From positions 248,001 to 312,000 of the forward strand of contig OZ025732.1 of NCBI GenBank assembly GCA_964019335.1: 64,000 bases of DNA. Reading direction: 5' to 3'. Shown here piece by piece: positions 44,715-58,119 of the stretch. The stretch is from Diplonema japonicum (Eukaryota; Protista; Euglenozoa: Diplonemea). A program made the position numbers and the translations under genes. The notes under the pieces were generated by a model. That model saw only the letters and a program-made list of their open reading frames with translations. It was not told where the DNA came from and did not search any database. How positions within the stretch are numbered: position 1 is the first letter of the stretch; each line of letters starts with the position of its first letter.

Positions 44715-46824
44715 TGATCCCCGTCGTTGGTGACTTCTTCTTTCTTTCTTTTTCTCTTTTTTTTGGGAGAAAGGGGAAGGTAAGTAGATACAAGGGGGAC
44801 GTTCCCAGACAGGAACCTCCTTTATCTCGTCTCTTTTTTTTTTGCTTGAACTAGAAGAACAGTGTATTGATAATGAAGTGTTTACTGCGAGCAGTGGTAG
44901 CATTGTTGGGGCTTATCCTTCCACAGGTTAACCCCCCGGCAGTGCACAAACAGAATCAGTTCAGCAGCTCACCTTTTTTAAGCTCGGTTGGAAATCACTT
45001 TTTTCTTTTTTTTTTCTTGTCATCTCTCGACTGGTTTTGCTCTTCTTTTATAAGACGTTCATCTCCGTGCGCCGTGTGGTAACTTCTTTTTCTTCTTCTT
45101 CTTCTTCTTTTTTTGCTTGGGCTGGGAGGACAGTTTTGTTCTTTTTTCAGGTGCCAGGTAGGCTCGCCCTGTAATCAGGTAGACAGGCTTGTGCAGGACG
45201 TTTTCTTTTTCACATCAACCAGAGCCCCACCACTTTTTTTACTGGTACATACAGCAGGAAAAGGCCCGCTTCTCCTCTGCTAGTCTTCATCCTTAGGGGC
45301 TTGGCACCACAGTGTTATCCTCTCTCTTCTTTTTAGTGCACTTTATTTTATTTTTATTTTTTTTGTTTCAACGGTTCATATGAAGAGCTTCCTGTGTCTT
45401 GGTGGCTCATTTTTCTTCTCTTCAGGGGAGGGAAAGAGAAGAAGAAGAGAGTCGAGGCAGCTTATGCCAGTTCCCGTACTGTAGGTTCGAGAACATCCCC
45501 TACTGTAGGCTGAGGGATGGATAGCCTTACAAATAAAAGGCATGGTGACTAATGGTGACTACTTCTCTCTTCATATCAACCAAAGGACCCTTTTTTTTTG
45601 TATACTTACTTCGGTATTAGATAGCAAGGAAAGGGTCCTCTTCACTCTGCTTCTCCTTTATTAATCCTCTTTACTTTTGGGTTAGTTTCGCCGTGTATCT
45701 CATCGCGACAAACAGGAACCGAATTCTCACATCAGGCGAAGAGGCCCCCTTTTTTTTAGCTTATTTACGTATCATCAGCTCGTCTGGATATTACATTTGT
45801 CGGTTTTTTGAGAATTCGAGATCTTTTTTTTTGTTTTTTTGCTTGAGCAAGAAAAACAAGAAATTGATTTATAATGAGTTGGTAAACCCCCCGGCTGTGC
45901 ACGCAACAACAGTCGACCGATTGCTATTTTGATCATTCTGAGCAGAGGAAGGTAAGACATATGCGTGTGCCGTTCTTACAGCTGCGAAGCTTGTTTTGCC
46001 ATAGGAGTGGCGGGCTTCTGCAGTTCTGTTGGCCCCAGGAAAGGCGAAAGCCGAGGTCCGGAAGTTGGCGAGGAATGTTAAAGACTGCCTAGACGGCAAC
46101 GGTCTGCACACAAGGTGGTGACGGACTACTTGTTTACTCAGAAGTCTATTTTTTCGTTATTTTATTGACATTTCTTTTTCCAGACGAATTCATGCAGCGG
46201 GAAAAAAAGGCCCTCTTCGCTCCACTTCTCTTGTGTTAGTTTTTATCTTAAGGGGCTTTCCACTTATAACGTTATTCTTTTTTTCTTTCCGCTTTTTTTT
46301 TTTTAATGCCATTTTTTTGGAAATTTATTCCACTCTTCTGAAGTTGTACTTCACGCTGAGTCCCATTACTTCGCGGTGGTATAATATACCTCAGTAGCCC
46401 AGTTCTTTTGCCTCGGTTCAGGTTTCTTTCTTTGCCAATTTCTTGGGCACAACATTTTCCTCCCAGTTTGCCGCACCAGGTATGAGAAGGAGATCTGAGA
46501 TGGTGTGAAGTCCCTACACTGCATAGCAGTCTGTCGCAGAACAAGACAGGCGAGGGTGAGTTCGATGACCTGAAAAAGGAATAGTCAAAAGAATCCTCCT
46601 CGTGGTGAGGTAATTCAGAGAGTGAAATGAAACCACTTACCTATCAAGGAATGACTTTACCGTCTCTCGGTTCAGCATACTTATCATCGAGGAGGGCCCG
46701 AAGGCCCGATGGTAAGATGCGGAACTTCTGTGGTAACGGTAAAGGTCATTACTTGTTAAATAGTTATTATTTGTGCATTTTTTTCTTGTTTGGCACACAT
46801 GAGAGCTAGGGATAGAGGAAAAAG

Positions 46825-47987
46825 ATGTTGAAGTACGTGCTTGCTGCTTGTGTTTCCGCCGCAATGGTATGGGGGGGGAGAAGAAGGTGATTACACAACA
46901 CTCATAACCCCCACAGGCACAGGACTGCACTTCGCTTGTGCATCATGTTGGATCGTGTGATTTGGGGCAGAGGTTGGCGGATCTCAATGAAATGACCAGC
47001 TGCTCAGCCTACATCTGTAGTAACCTTCTTGACCCCTATGCGATTGCACACGGCAGCGACATGACTAAGAAGATAGCAGGGTCTGGCTATGGCTGCGTCA
47101 TCGAAGACTGGGATGGGATGTATGTGGGTGACGTGATCTGCATGAATGACCCTAATCCGCCTCCGCCCACTCCTCAGCCCACCCCTGAGCCCCCTTCATA
47201 TCCCCCATGGGCACAGGACTGTGATTCGCTTTCTCATGAGGTGGATTCGTGTTCAAGGGGGCAGGTGTTGGTGGATCTCGAGACCATGACCAGCTGCAAA
47301 GATACCATCTGTGGCCTTCTTGACCCCTATGCGATTGCACACGGGAGAGACATGACCAAGAAGGTAGCAGGGTCTGGCTACGGCTGCCTCATCGAAGACT
47401 GGGATGGGATGCATGTGGGTGACGTGATCTGCATGAATGACCCTAATCCACCCCCCCCTGCGAACTGCTGGAATCTTGTGAACGGGACAGGGTCATGCCC
47501 TGCAGGTATGCAGCCGGCTGACCTTGCGACACTGACAAGGTGCCAGGACAAGGTGTGCTCGGACATTTTGGGGAGCTACGGGGAGGCGCACGGGAACGAC
47601 ACGGCGTGGAAGCTCCTGGGGAGTGGCTTCGGATGCGAGATTTCGCCGTGGCACGGGGAGGAGGTCTCCACTGTGATCTGCATGCCAGGAGAGGCCCCTC
47701 CCTCCCCTCCTCCCTCTCCTCCCACTCCTCCCAGTCCAACACTTCCCGCTCTCTGCGACGGGGTCAGGGTTCGGAGCAGGTTCTGCCCAACAGGTGAAGA
47801 GCCTGTGAGTCGGGAGGTGGTGAGTCAGTGCTCCCAGATGATCTGCGACAGCATGGGGTTCCACAACACCACACGTGGACTGGAGAACAACTTCAAGCTC
47901 ATGGGGAACGCCTTCGGCTGCAGGCTGGAGCCCTGGGTGAACGCAAGCATCGACCTCATCACCTGTTCTCCCTCTCAGGGGCTCTGA
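46825..47987 (+). CDS. Secreted Cys-rich protein, 4 APT-like domains (intron 46867-46916)
   Basis: Same exon/intron structure, in frame. Confidence 0.85.
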
Positions 47988-49833
47988 TGATCCCCGTCGT
48001 TGGTGACTTCTTCTTTCTTTCTTTTTCTCTTTCTTTCTTTTTTTTTTTTTTTTTGCTTGAACTAGAAAAACAGTGTATTGATAATGGAATGTGTTTATTG
48101 CGAGTAGTGGTAGCATTGTTGGGCTTAACCCCCCGGCAGTGCACAAACAGAATCAGTTCAGCAGCTCACCTTTTTTAAGCTCGGTTGAAAATCACTTTTT
48201 TCTTTTTTTTTTCTTGTCATCTCTCGACGGGTTTTGCTCTTCTTTTATAAGACGTTCATCACCATGCGCCGTGTGGTAACTTCTTCTTCTTCTTTTTTTG
48301 CTTGGGCTGGGAGGACAATGTGTCTTGTTCTTTTTTCAGGTGCCAGGTAGGCTCGCCCTGTAACAGATAGTGCTTGTGCAGGGCGCCACCAACACCAGCC
48401 TGCAGCGTACACGTTTTCTTTTTCACATCGACCGGAGCCCCACCACTTTCTTTACTGGTACATACAGCAGGAAAAGGCCCGCTTCTCCTCTGCTAGTCTT
48501 CATCCTTAGGGGCTTGGCACCACAGTGTTATCTTCTCTCTTCTTTTTAGTGCACTTTATTTTATTTTTATTTTTTTTGTTTCAACGGTTCATATGAAGAG
48601 CTTCCTGTGTCTTGGTGGCTCATTTTTCTTCTCTTCAGGGGAGGGAAAGAGAAGAAGAAGAGAGTCGAGGCTGCTTATGCCAGTTCCCGTACTGTAGGTT
48701 CGAAAACATCCCCTACTGTAGGCTGAGGGATGGATAGCCTTACAAATAAAAGGCATGGTGACTAATGGTGACTACTTCTCTCTTCATATCAACCAAAGGA
48801 CCCTTTTTTTTTGTATACTTACTTCGGTATTAGATAGCAAGGAAAGGTCCTCTTCACTCTGCTTCTCCTCTATTAATCCTCTTTACTTTTGGGTTAGTTT
48901 CGCCGTGCACCTCATCGCGACAAGCAGCCACCGAAGGCACCAGACAGCAACTGCAGAACGGTGACCGGTTAGGGAATTTCTTCCTGCACAGTGAGCCCCC
49001 ATGCACACTGGGATTTTATCGGGTTTTCTTTTCTTCTGGTAGCAGATCACTTCATCTTTCCAGTTTCCCGTTGTCTTGCCCCACGTGATGGATAACTCCT
49101 GGCTGTGCACAAAGCTCGGTTGAAGCCAGCTTTTTCGTTTCTTTTTCTCTTTTTTTTCTCACATCAAGCGAAGAGGCCCCCTTTTTTTTAGCTTATTTAC
49201 GTGTCATCAGCTCGTCTGGATATTATATTTGTCAGTTTTTTGAGAATTCGAGATCTTTTTTTTTTGTTTTTTTGCTTGAGCAAGAAAAACAATAAATTGA
49301 TTTATAATGAATTGTTATTTGCCAAAGAAGAGCAGTGGTAGCATTGTTGGGGCTTATCCTTCTACAGGTTAACCCCCCGGCTGTGCACACAATATCAATC
49401 AACCGGTTCTTTTTTGATCATTCTGAGCACAGGAAGGTGGGACATATGCGTGTGCCCTTCCAGCTGAGAAGCTTTAAGGGTGGCGAGGAATGAATGCTTA
49501 AAAGAATGCTTAGACGGCAACGGTCTGCACACAAGGTGGTGACGGACTACTTGTTTACTCAGAAGTCTATTTTTCGTTATTTTATTGACATTTCTTTTTC
49601 CAGACGAATTCATGCAGCGGGGAAAAGGCCCTCTTCGCTCCACTTCTCTTTCTGTTAGTCTTCATCCTATGGGGCTTTCCACTTATAATGTTATTCCTTC
49701 TTTCCGCTTTTTTAATGCACTTTTCTTTTTTATTTATTCCATTCTTTTGAAATTACTTTTTCACGCTCATCGGGATAAAGGGCTTTATCTGTTAAAACAA
49801 AGAAGAAAAGGTTTTTATTTTAAGAAAAGGAGG

Positions 49834-50729
49834 ATGTTGAGGTACGTGCTTGCTGCTTGCGTTGCCACCACAATGGTATGGGGGGGAGGGGGGGGTAAGG
49901 AGAAAAGAAGGTGAAGACACTAACAATATCCCCACAGGCACAGGACTGTTCTTTGCTTACGAGGGCGAGTAGTCCTGAGTCATGTCCACTGGGGCAAGGG
50001 TTGGTGGATCTCGAGACTTTGACCAGCTGCAGAAGTGAGATCTGTGACAACCTTATCAGCGTTTGGGATTGGGCACACGGGAGCGACATGACCAAGAAGA
50101 TAGAGGGGACTGCCTACGGCTGCATCATCAGCGACTGGGATGGGAAGGATTTGGGTACTGTGATCTGCGGTCCCAACTCGCCCACCCCGCCGACCCCCCC
50201 TGCGAACTGCTGGAATCTTGTGAACGGGACAGGGTCATGCCCTGCAGGTATGCAGCCGGCTGACCTTGCGACACTGACAAGGTGCCAGGACAAGGTGTGC
50301 TCGGACATGTTGGGGAGCTACGGGGAGGCGCACGGGAACGACACAGCGTGGAAGCTCCTGGGGAGTGGCTTCGGATGCGAGATTTCGCCGTGGCACGGGG
50401 AGGAGGTCTCCACCGTGATCTGCATGCCAGGAGAGGCCCCTCCCTCCCCTCCTCCCTCTCCTCCCACTCCTCCCAGTCCAACACTTCCCACTCTCTGCGA
50501 CGGGGTCAGGGTTCGGAGCAGGTTCTGCCCAACAGGTGAAGAGCCTGTGAGTCGGGAGGTGGTGAGTCAGTGCTCCCAGATGATCTGCGACAGCATGGGG
50601 TTCCACAACACCACACGTGGACTGGAGAACAACTTCAAGCTCATGGGGAACGCCTTCGGCTGCAGGCTGGAGCCCTGGGTGAACGCAAGCATCGACCTCA
50701 TCACCTGTTCTCCCTCTCAGGGGCTCTGA
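49834..50729 (+). CDS. Secreted Cys-rich protein, 3 APT-like domains (intron 49876-49937)
   Basis: Same exon/intron structure, in frame. Confidence 0.85.
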
Positions 50730-52457
50730 TGATCCCCGTCGTTGGTGACTTCTTCTTTCTTTCTTTTTCTCTTTCTTTTTTTTTTTTTTTTTGTTTGAAC
50801 TAGAAAAACAGTGTATTGATAATGGAATGTGTTTATTGCGAGTAGTGGTAGCATTGTTGGGCTTAACCCCCCGGCAGTGCACAAACAGAATCAGTTCAGC
50901 AGCTCACCTTTTTTAAGCTCGGTTGAGAATCACTTTTTTCTTTTTTTTTTTCTTGTCATCTCTCGATGGGTTTTGCTCTTCTTTTATAAGACGTTCATCT
51001 CCGTGCGCTGTGTGGTAACTTCTTCTTCTTCTTTTTTTGCTTGGGCTGGGAGGACAATGTGTCTTGTTCTTTTTTCAGGTGCCAGGTAGGCTCGCCCTGT
51101 AATCAGGTTGACAGGCTTGTGCAGGGCGCCACCAACACCTAAAAGCCTGCAGCGTAAGCTTTTTCTTTTTTCACATCGACCGGAGCCCCACCACTTTTTT
51201 TACTGGTATACAGCAGGAAAAGGCCCGCTTCTCTACTAGTCTTCGTCCTTAAGGGCTTGGCACCATAATGTTATCCTCTCTCTTATAATTAGTTTCGCCG
51301 TGCATCTTATCGCGACAAACAGCCACCACCAGACAGCAACTGCAGAACGGTGACCGATTAGTGAATTTCCTTACTCTTCCTGCACAGTGAGCCCCCATGC
51401 ACACTGGGATTTTATCGAGTTTTCTTTTTCTTCTGGTAGCAGATCACTTCATCTGTTTCCAGTTTCCCGTACTCCTGGCTGTGCACAAAGCTCGGTTGAA
51501 GCCAGCTTTTTCGTTCTTTTTTTCTCTTTTCTTTCTCACATCAAGCGAAGAGGCCCCCTTTTTTTTTTAGCTTATTTACGTGTCATCAGCTCGTCTGGAT
51601 ATTATATTTGTCAGTTTTTTGAGAAATCGAGATTTCTTTTTGTTTTTTTTCTTGAACGAGAGAAACAATAAACTAAAAAAAAAAAAAAAAGAACTGTTAA
51701 ATTTATAATGAATTGTTATTAGCTGCGAAGCTTGTTTTGCCAAGGGAGTGGCGGGCTTCAGCAGTACTATTGGCCCCGGAAATTGGCGAGGAATGTTAAA
51801 GACTGCCTAGACGGCAACGGTCTGCACACAAGGTGGTGACGGACTACTTGTTTACTCAGAAGTCTATTTTTTCGTTATTTTATTGACATTTCTTTTTCCA
51901 GACGAATTCATGCAGCGGGAAAAAAAGGCCCTCTTCGCTCCACTTCTCTTGTGTTAGTTTTTATCTTAAGGGGCTTTCCACTTATAACGTTCTTTTTTTT
52001 TCCTTTCTTTCCGCTTTTTCTTTTAATGCCATTTCTTTTTTATTTTATTCCACTCTTCTGAAGTTGTACTTCACGCTGAGTCCCATTACTTCGCGGTGGG
52101 GTAGCAGCATATTTCCCGTGGGGTAGTAGGGGTCTCTGGTATAATATACCTCAGTAGCCCAGTTTTTGCCTCGGTTCAGGTTTCTTTCTTTGCCAATTTC
52201 TTGGGCGACATTTGCCTCCCAGAGGAACTGTGCACGAGGGTACACACATTGCTGGAACCCCCACGGGGCACAGGTCTTGTTTTACATGAAGCGTCACTCA
52301 AGGAACAAAAAGCACATCTGGTTGCCTCTCTCAGCAGACGAAGGGGAGAGAGGTGGGCTTGGCAAGCCAGCAGGAAAAGAGAAGAAGGCTAGGGTTTGTC
52401 AGGAAAGGAGGGGAAAGAACAAAGGCCAATCTTTTATAAAAGAAAGGAAAAAGAAAG

Positions 52458-53643
52458 ATGTTAAGGTACGTGCTTGCTGCTTGCGTTTCCGCCACAATGG
52501 TATGGAGGGGGAGAAGAAGGTGATACACACTCATAACCCCCACAGGCACAGGACTGCACTTCGCTTGTGCATCACGTTGGATCGTGTGATTTGGGGCAGA
52601 GGTTGGCGGATATCAATGAAATGACCAGCTGCTCAGCCTACATCTGTAATAACCTTCTTGACCCCTATGCGATTGCACACGGGAGCGACATGACCAAGAA
52701 GATAGCAGGGTCTGGCTACGGCTGCGTCATCGAAGACTGGGATGGGATGTATGTGGGTGACGTGATCTGCATGAATGACCCTAATCCGCCTCCGCCCACT
52801 CCTCAGCCCACCGCACCGCCCACCCCTTCATATCCCCCACAGGCACAGGACTGTGATTCGCTTTCTCATGAGGTGGATTCGTGTTCAAGGGGGCAGGTGT
52901 TGGTGGATCTCGAGACCATGACCAACTGCAAGGAGACCATCTGTGGCCTTCTTAACCCCTATGAGTTTGCACACGGGAGCGACATGACCAAGAAGGTAGC
53001 AGGGTCTGGCTACGGCTGCCTCATCGAAGACTGGGATGGGATGCATGTGGGTGACGTGATCTGCATGAAGGGCCCTAATCCGCCCACTCCTCAGCCCACC
53101 CCTCCACCCCCCCCTGCGAACTGCTGGAAACTTGTGAACGGGACAGGGTCATGCCCTGCAGGTATGCAGCCGGCTGACCTTGCGACACTGACAAGGTGCC
53201 AGGACAAGGTGTGCTCGGACATTTTGGGGAGCTACGGGGAGGCGCACGGGAACGACACAGCGTGGAAGCTCCTGGGGAGTGGCTTCGGATGCGAGATTTC
53301 GCCGTGGCACGGGGAGGAGGTCTCCACTGTGATCTGCATGCCAGGAGAGGCCCCTCCCTCCCCTCCTCCCTCTCCTCCCACTCCTCCCAGTCCAACACTT
53401 CCCGCTCTCTGCGACGGGGTCAGGGTTCGGAGCAGGTTCTGCCCAACAGGTGAAGAGCCTGTGAGTCGGGAGGTGGTGAGTCAGTGCTCCCAGATGATCT
53501 GCGACAGCATGGGGTTCCACAACACCACACGTGGACTGGAGAACAACTTCAAGCTCATGGGGAACGCCTTCGGCTGCAGGCTGGAGCCCTGGGTGAACGC
53601 AAGCATCGACCTCATCACCTGTTCTCCCTCTCAGGGGCTCTGA
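52458..53643 (+). CDS. Secreted Cys-rich protein, 4 APT-like domains (intron 52500-52545)
   Basis: Same exon/intron structure, in frame. Confidence 0.85.
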
Positions 53644-54602
53644 TGATCCCCGTCGTTGGTGACTTCTTCTTTCTTTCTTTTTCTCTTTCTTTCTTTTTTT
53701 TTTTTTTTTTGCTTGAACTAGAAAAACAGTGTATTGATAATGGAATGTGTTTATTGCGAGTAGTGGTAGCATTGTTGGGCTTAACCCCCCGGCAGTGCAC
53801 AAACAGAATCAGTTCAGCAGCTCACCTTTTTTAAGCTCGGTTGGAAATCACTTTTTTCTTTTTTTTTTCTTGTCATCTCTCGACTGGTTTTGCTCTTCTT
53901 TTATAAGACGTTCATCTCCGTGCGCCGTGTGGTAACTTCTTTTTCTTCTTCTTCTTCTTCTTTTTTTGCTTGGGCTGGGAGGACAGTTTTGTTCTTTTTT
54001 CAGGTGCCAGGTAGGCTCGCCCTGTAATCAGGTAGACAGGCTTGTGCAGGACGTTTTCTTTTTCACATCAACCAGAGCCCCACCACTTTTTTTACTGGTA
54101 CATACAGCAGGAAAAGGCCCGCTTCTCCTCTGCTAGTCTTCATCCTTAGGGGCTTGGCACCACAGTGTTATTCTCTCTCTTCTTTTTAGTGCACTTTATT
54201 TTATTTTTATTTTTTTTGTTTCAACGGTTCATATGAAGAGCTTCCTGTGTCTTGGTGGCTCATTTTTCTTCTCTTCAGGGGAGGGAAAGAGAAGAAGAAG
54301 AGAGTCGAGGCAGCTTATGCCAGTTCCCGTACTGTAGGTTCGAGAACATCCCCCACTGTAGGCTGGGGGATGGATAGCAAATAAAAGGCATGGTGACTAA
54401 TGGTGACCATAATAATGGAAAGCCTTCGCGGTGGGGGTGGCTTTCTTCCGCTTAAACAGGGTTGCTTTCGCTGAGCGAACATTTCGTAAGCGATATTTGA
54501 TATGATGATTGTTGTCTATTCGATAAGGATGAAGTTTTTTACCTCCGGTAGTTTATTGTTTTACAAGAAAGGAGGGGAGGGAACAAAGGAAGATAATAGA
54601 TG

Positions 54603-55497
54603 ATGTTGAAGTACGTGCTTGCTGCTTGCGTTTCCGCCACAATGGTATGGGGGGGGGAGAAAAAAGAAACACTCATAACCCCCACAGGCACAGGACTGCA
54701 CTTTGCTTATGCATCATGTTGGATCGTGTATATTGGGGCAGAGGTTGGCGGATCTCAATGAAATGACCAGCTGCTCAGCCTACATCTGTAATAACCTGCT
54801 TGACCCCTATGCGATTGCACACGGCAGCGACATGACCAAGAAGATAGCAGGGTCTGGCTACGGCTGCGTCATCGAAGACTGGAATGGGATGGATGTGTCT
54901 GACGTGATCTGCACGAATGGCCCTATTCCGCCTCCGCCCACTCCTCAGCCCACCGCACCACCCCCCCCTGCGAACTGCTGGAATCTTGTGAACGGGACAG
55001 GGTCATGCCCTGCAGGTATGCAGCCGGCTGACCTTGCGACACTGACAAGGTGCCAGGACAAGGTGTGCTCGGACATGTTGGGGAGCTACGGGGAGGCGCA
55101 CGGGAACGACACGGCGTGGAAGCTCCTGGGGAGTGGCTTCGGATGCGAGATTTCGCCGTGGCACGGGGAGGAGGTCTCCACCGTGATCTGCATGCCAGGA
55201 GAGGCCCCTCCCTCCCCTCCTCCCTCTCCTCCCACTCCTCCCAGTCCAACACTCCCCACTCTCTGCGACGGGGTCAGGGTTCGGAGCAGGTTTTGCCCAA
55301 CAGGTGAAGAGCCTGTGAGTCGGGAGGTGGTGAGTCAGTGCTCCCAGATGATCTGCGACAGCATGGGGTTCCACAACACCACACGTGGACTGGAGAACAA
55401 CTTCAAGCTCATGGGGAACGCCTTCGGCTGCAGGCTGGAGCCCTGGGTGAACGCAAGCATCGACCTCATCACCTGTTCTCCCTCTCAGGGGCTCTGA
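54603..55497 (+). CDS. Secreted Cys-rich protein, 3 APT-like domains (intron 54645-54687)
   Basis: Same exon/intron structure, in frame. Confidence 0.85.
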
Positions 55498-56643
55498 TGA
55501 TCCCCGTCGTTGGTGACTTCTTCTTTCTTTCTTTTTCTCTTTTTTTTGGGAGAAAGGGGAAGGTAAGTAGATACAAGGGGGACGTTCCCAGACAGGAACC
55601 TCCTTTATCTCGTCTCTTTTTTTTTTGCTTGAACTAGAAGAACAGTGTATTGATAATGAAGTGTTTACTGCGAGCAGTGGTAGCATTGTTGGGGCTTATC
55701 CTTCCACAGGTTAACCCCCCGGCAGTGCACAAACAGAATCAGTTCAGCAACCCTTTGCTAAGCTAGAAGCTTAGAGTCACTTTTTTCGTTTCTTTGTTTT
55801 TTTGATCCCGAAGCTGGTGACTTCTTTCTTTTTTTTTTTTTTTTATTTGCTTGGGCTAGAAAAACAATATTATGTGGCGCCCCCTGTAGTGAAAGTAGAC
55901 AGTTCAGCGCCAACAAACATCAGCCTCGTAAACTTTGTTTCATATCAATCGGGGCCTCCCCCTTAATTTTCTTTTTACTGGTTTACAGCAAGAATAGGCC
56001 CTCTTCGCTCTGCTTCTCCTCTATTCGTCATCATCCTTATGTCTCCTCCTCTTTTTTAATGCGTTATGGCACGGCAAAGATCTTTTCCGATAAGCGGTGT
56101 TGTCTTGTTGCATTTCCCTGTAACAACGGTGCACTACACGACCCCTTCTTCTGTTAGTCTTCATCCTAAGGTGGAAGCGGATGACAGCAAGAGAAGGCCC
56201 TATTCGCTCTGCTTCTCCTCTATTCGTCATCATCCTTATAGGTTTAGCTCTTTTGACGTTATTCTCTCTCCTCTTTTTTTTTAATGCATTTTATTTTGTT
56301 TTATTTTTAAGGTTCTGAGGAGCTGCCCTGTGGGATGAGTGGTTTGTTTCTCTGTGACAGCACAAGATTGGCTTCCTCCATGGCACACTTAACGCAACAA
56401 AAGAAAAGAAAAAGAGAAGTGTTAGTTCTGCAAGTAAGGCCCCCTTGCAGCCGTAGCAATTGGAGTGCCTGTTGATGCAGGTCGTGATGTGCGATTCTGC
56501 GTTATGGCAAGGCGAAGATGTTTTTCGATAAGCGGTGGCAAGGAGAGAAAGAGGGGGGGGGGATTCACCAGCCTTGTAAAACATCAACCCAGGTTAGAAT
56601 AAAGAAGAAGAAAAGAGGGAAAGAAACGAAAGGGAAAAAGGAC

Positions 56644-58119
56644 ATGAAGCGCATTCTATTCCTTGTACTGGCACTTGCGGTAGGAAGCAGGGTCTTCCGC
56701 CCGCGAACAAAGGGCTTACCGGGTGAGGACACAGAAGCAGTTAGTAGCGCAGCCGAACCCCAATTCAAGGTAGCTCTTCCAGTTCCAACTCCTATTCCTA
56801 CCACAAAGGTAGATCTTCCAGTTCCAACTCCTGTTCCTACCTCAAAGAAAGCTCTTTCTGTTCCAGCTCCAGTTCCTACCTCAAAGAGGGCTCTTCCGGT
56901 TCCAACTCCTATTCCTACCACAAAGGTAGCTCTTCCAGTTCCAACTCCGGTTCCTACCTCAAAGAAGGCTCTTCCAGTTCCAACTCCTATTCCTACCACA
57001 CAGGTAGCTCTTCCAGTTCCAACTCCAGTTCCTACCTCAAAGAAAGCTCTTTCTGTTCCAACTCCTGTTCCTACCTCAAAGAAAGCTCTTCCTGTTCCTA
57101 CTCCAGTTCCTACCTCAAAGAAGACTCTTCCTGTTCCAACCCCTGTTCCTACCAAGGTGGACTCAAGCGGAACAAAGAACAGTGGGAAGTCAAAAGGTCG
57201 CAACCTGGATAGGAAAGATCTACCAATATGCCGGGAGATGGCAGACGCGTACCCGGGAAAGCTTGTAAAGAAGGAGTGGGTGCCTGAGACCTGCAGGCTG
57301 CAACGCTTCAGCTTGGAGGCGAAGGGCAGGTGTGTTGGTGAAAACGGTATTTTCACAGCATCTGACTCCCTGGCAGAGGCGTTCCACAAGTTAATGTCCA
57401 TCGAGTTCACCCGGGCTAAGAAGAAGTTCCCTTACATGGAAACAAAGTATTCAAATACAGTTCGAAAGCTTGTGTGGAGCCCATCTTCCGCGGCCAGGCC
57501 TATGCTTAAGGAGAGCTACCTTCCGTTCCTCAGGAAGGCTTCCTTCGTCGTCTTATCGAACGGTTTGTGGGACATCGGGATGGCATCTTGTGGGATCAAC
57601 CACTATTTCGACTTTCTTCGTTTAAAGGTTGTGACATACATGAAAGAGATGCCTGCTAACGGGACAATGGTCTTGCACAACATCCCGTTTGTCCACCATA
57701 AGTTCAGAAAGGGGAAGAATAACTGGGGGACACGGTGCAACCCGGGGCCTCGTGTGGCGGCGTACAGGGAGGCCATGGAGCTAGTCTCCGCGTGCACTGG
57801 TGTGGGCATCCTTGACACATACCAACTGCAGAAGCAGAACCCTGCAGAATCTCACGATGGCATTCATTTGGGATATCTCGGGAATAATGCGATTACTGAG
57901 GTTTTGTACAACATGATGTGCCCTTCGAAGGAGATGCGGTTGAAGCCGTACCACCCGGAGCTGTCTTGTACCGATAGGGCCATTGCGGAGGCGAAGGCAC
58001 GATGGGCTACGGTGCCTGAGGCCAATGGACACCCTGAGGGCTGTCCTCGTTTTAAGACCAAATGCTATAAGGACAGCGACTTGAAAGGGGCGGACTACCT
58101 CGAGGCCAGCACAACGTGA
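56644..58119 (+). CDS. SGNH/TBL-like protein, paralogue 4, with mucin-like stem
   Basis: Signal/TM segment, ten 13-aa repeats, SDS, NGLWD, DGIH. Confidence 0.8.
   Translation: MKRILFLVLALAVGSRVFRPRTKGLPGEDTEAVSSAAEPQFKVALPVPTPIPTTKVDLPVPTPVPTSKKALSVPAPVPTSKRALPVPTPIPTTKVALPVPTPVPTSKKALPVPTPIPTTQVALPVPTPVPTSKKALSVPTPVPTSKKALPVPTPVPTSKKTLPVPTPVPTKVDSSGTKNSGKSKGRNLDRKDLPICREMADAYPGKLVKKEWVPETCRLQRFSLEAKGRCVGENGIFTASDSLAEAFHKLMSIEFTRAKKKFPYMETKYSNTVRKLVWSPSSAARPMLKESYLPFLRKASFVVLSNGLWDIGMASCGINHYFDFLRLKVVTYMKEMPANGTMVLHNIPFVHHKFRKGKNNWGTRCNPGPRVAAYREAMELVSACTGVGILDTYQLQKQNPAESHDGIHLGYLGNNAITEVLYNMMCPSKEMRLKPYHPELSCTDRAIAEAKARWATVPEANGHPEGCPRFKTKCYKDSDLKGADYLEASTT
56770..57156 (+). repeat. 39-bp coding tandem repeat (~10 copies, xALPVPTPVPTSK)
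   Basis: Read directly from the sequence. Confidence 0.85.

Noticed and set aside
46594-46615. CCTCCTCGTGGT, an HDV L3/P3-like string
   Set aside because: P1, P1.1 and J4/2 could not be assigned.
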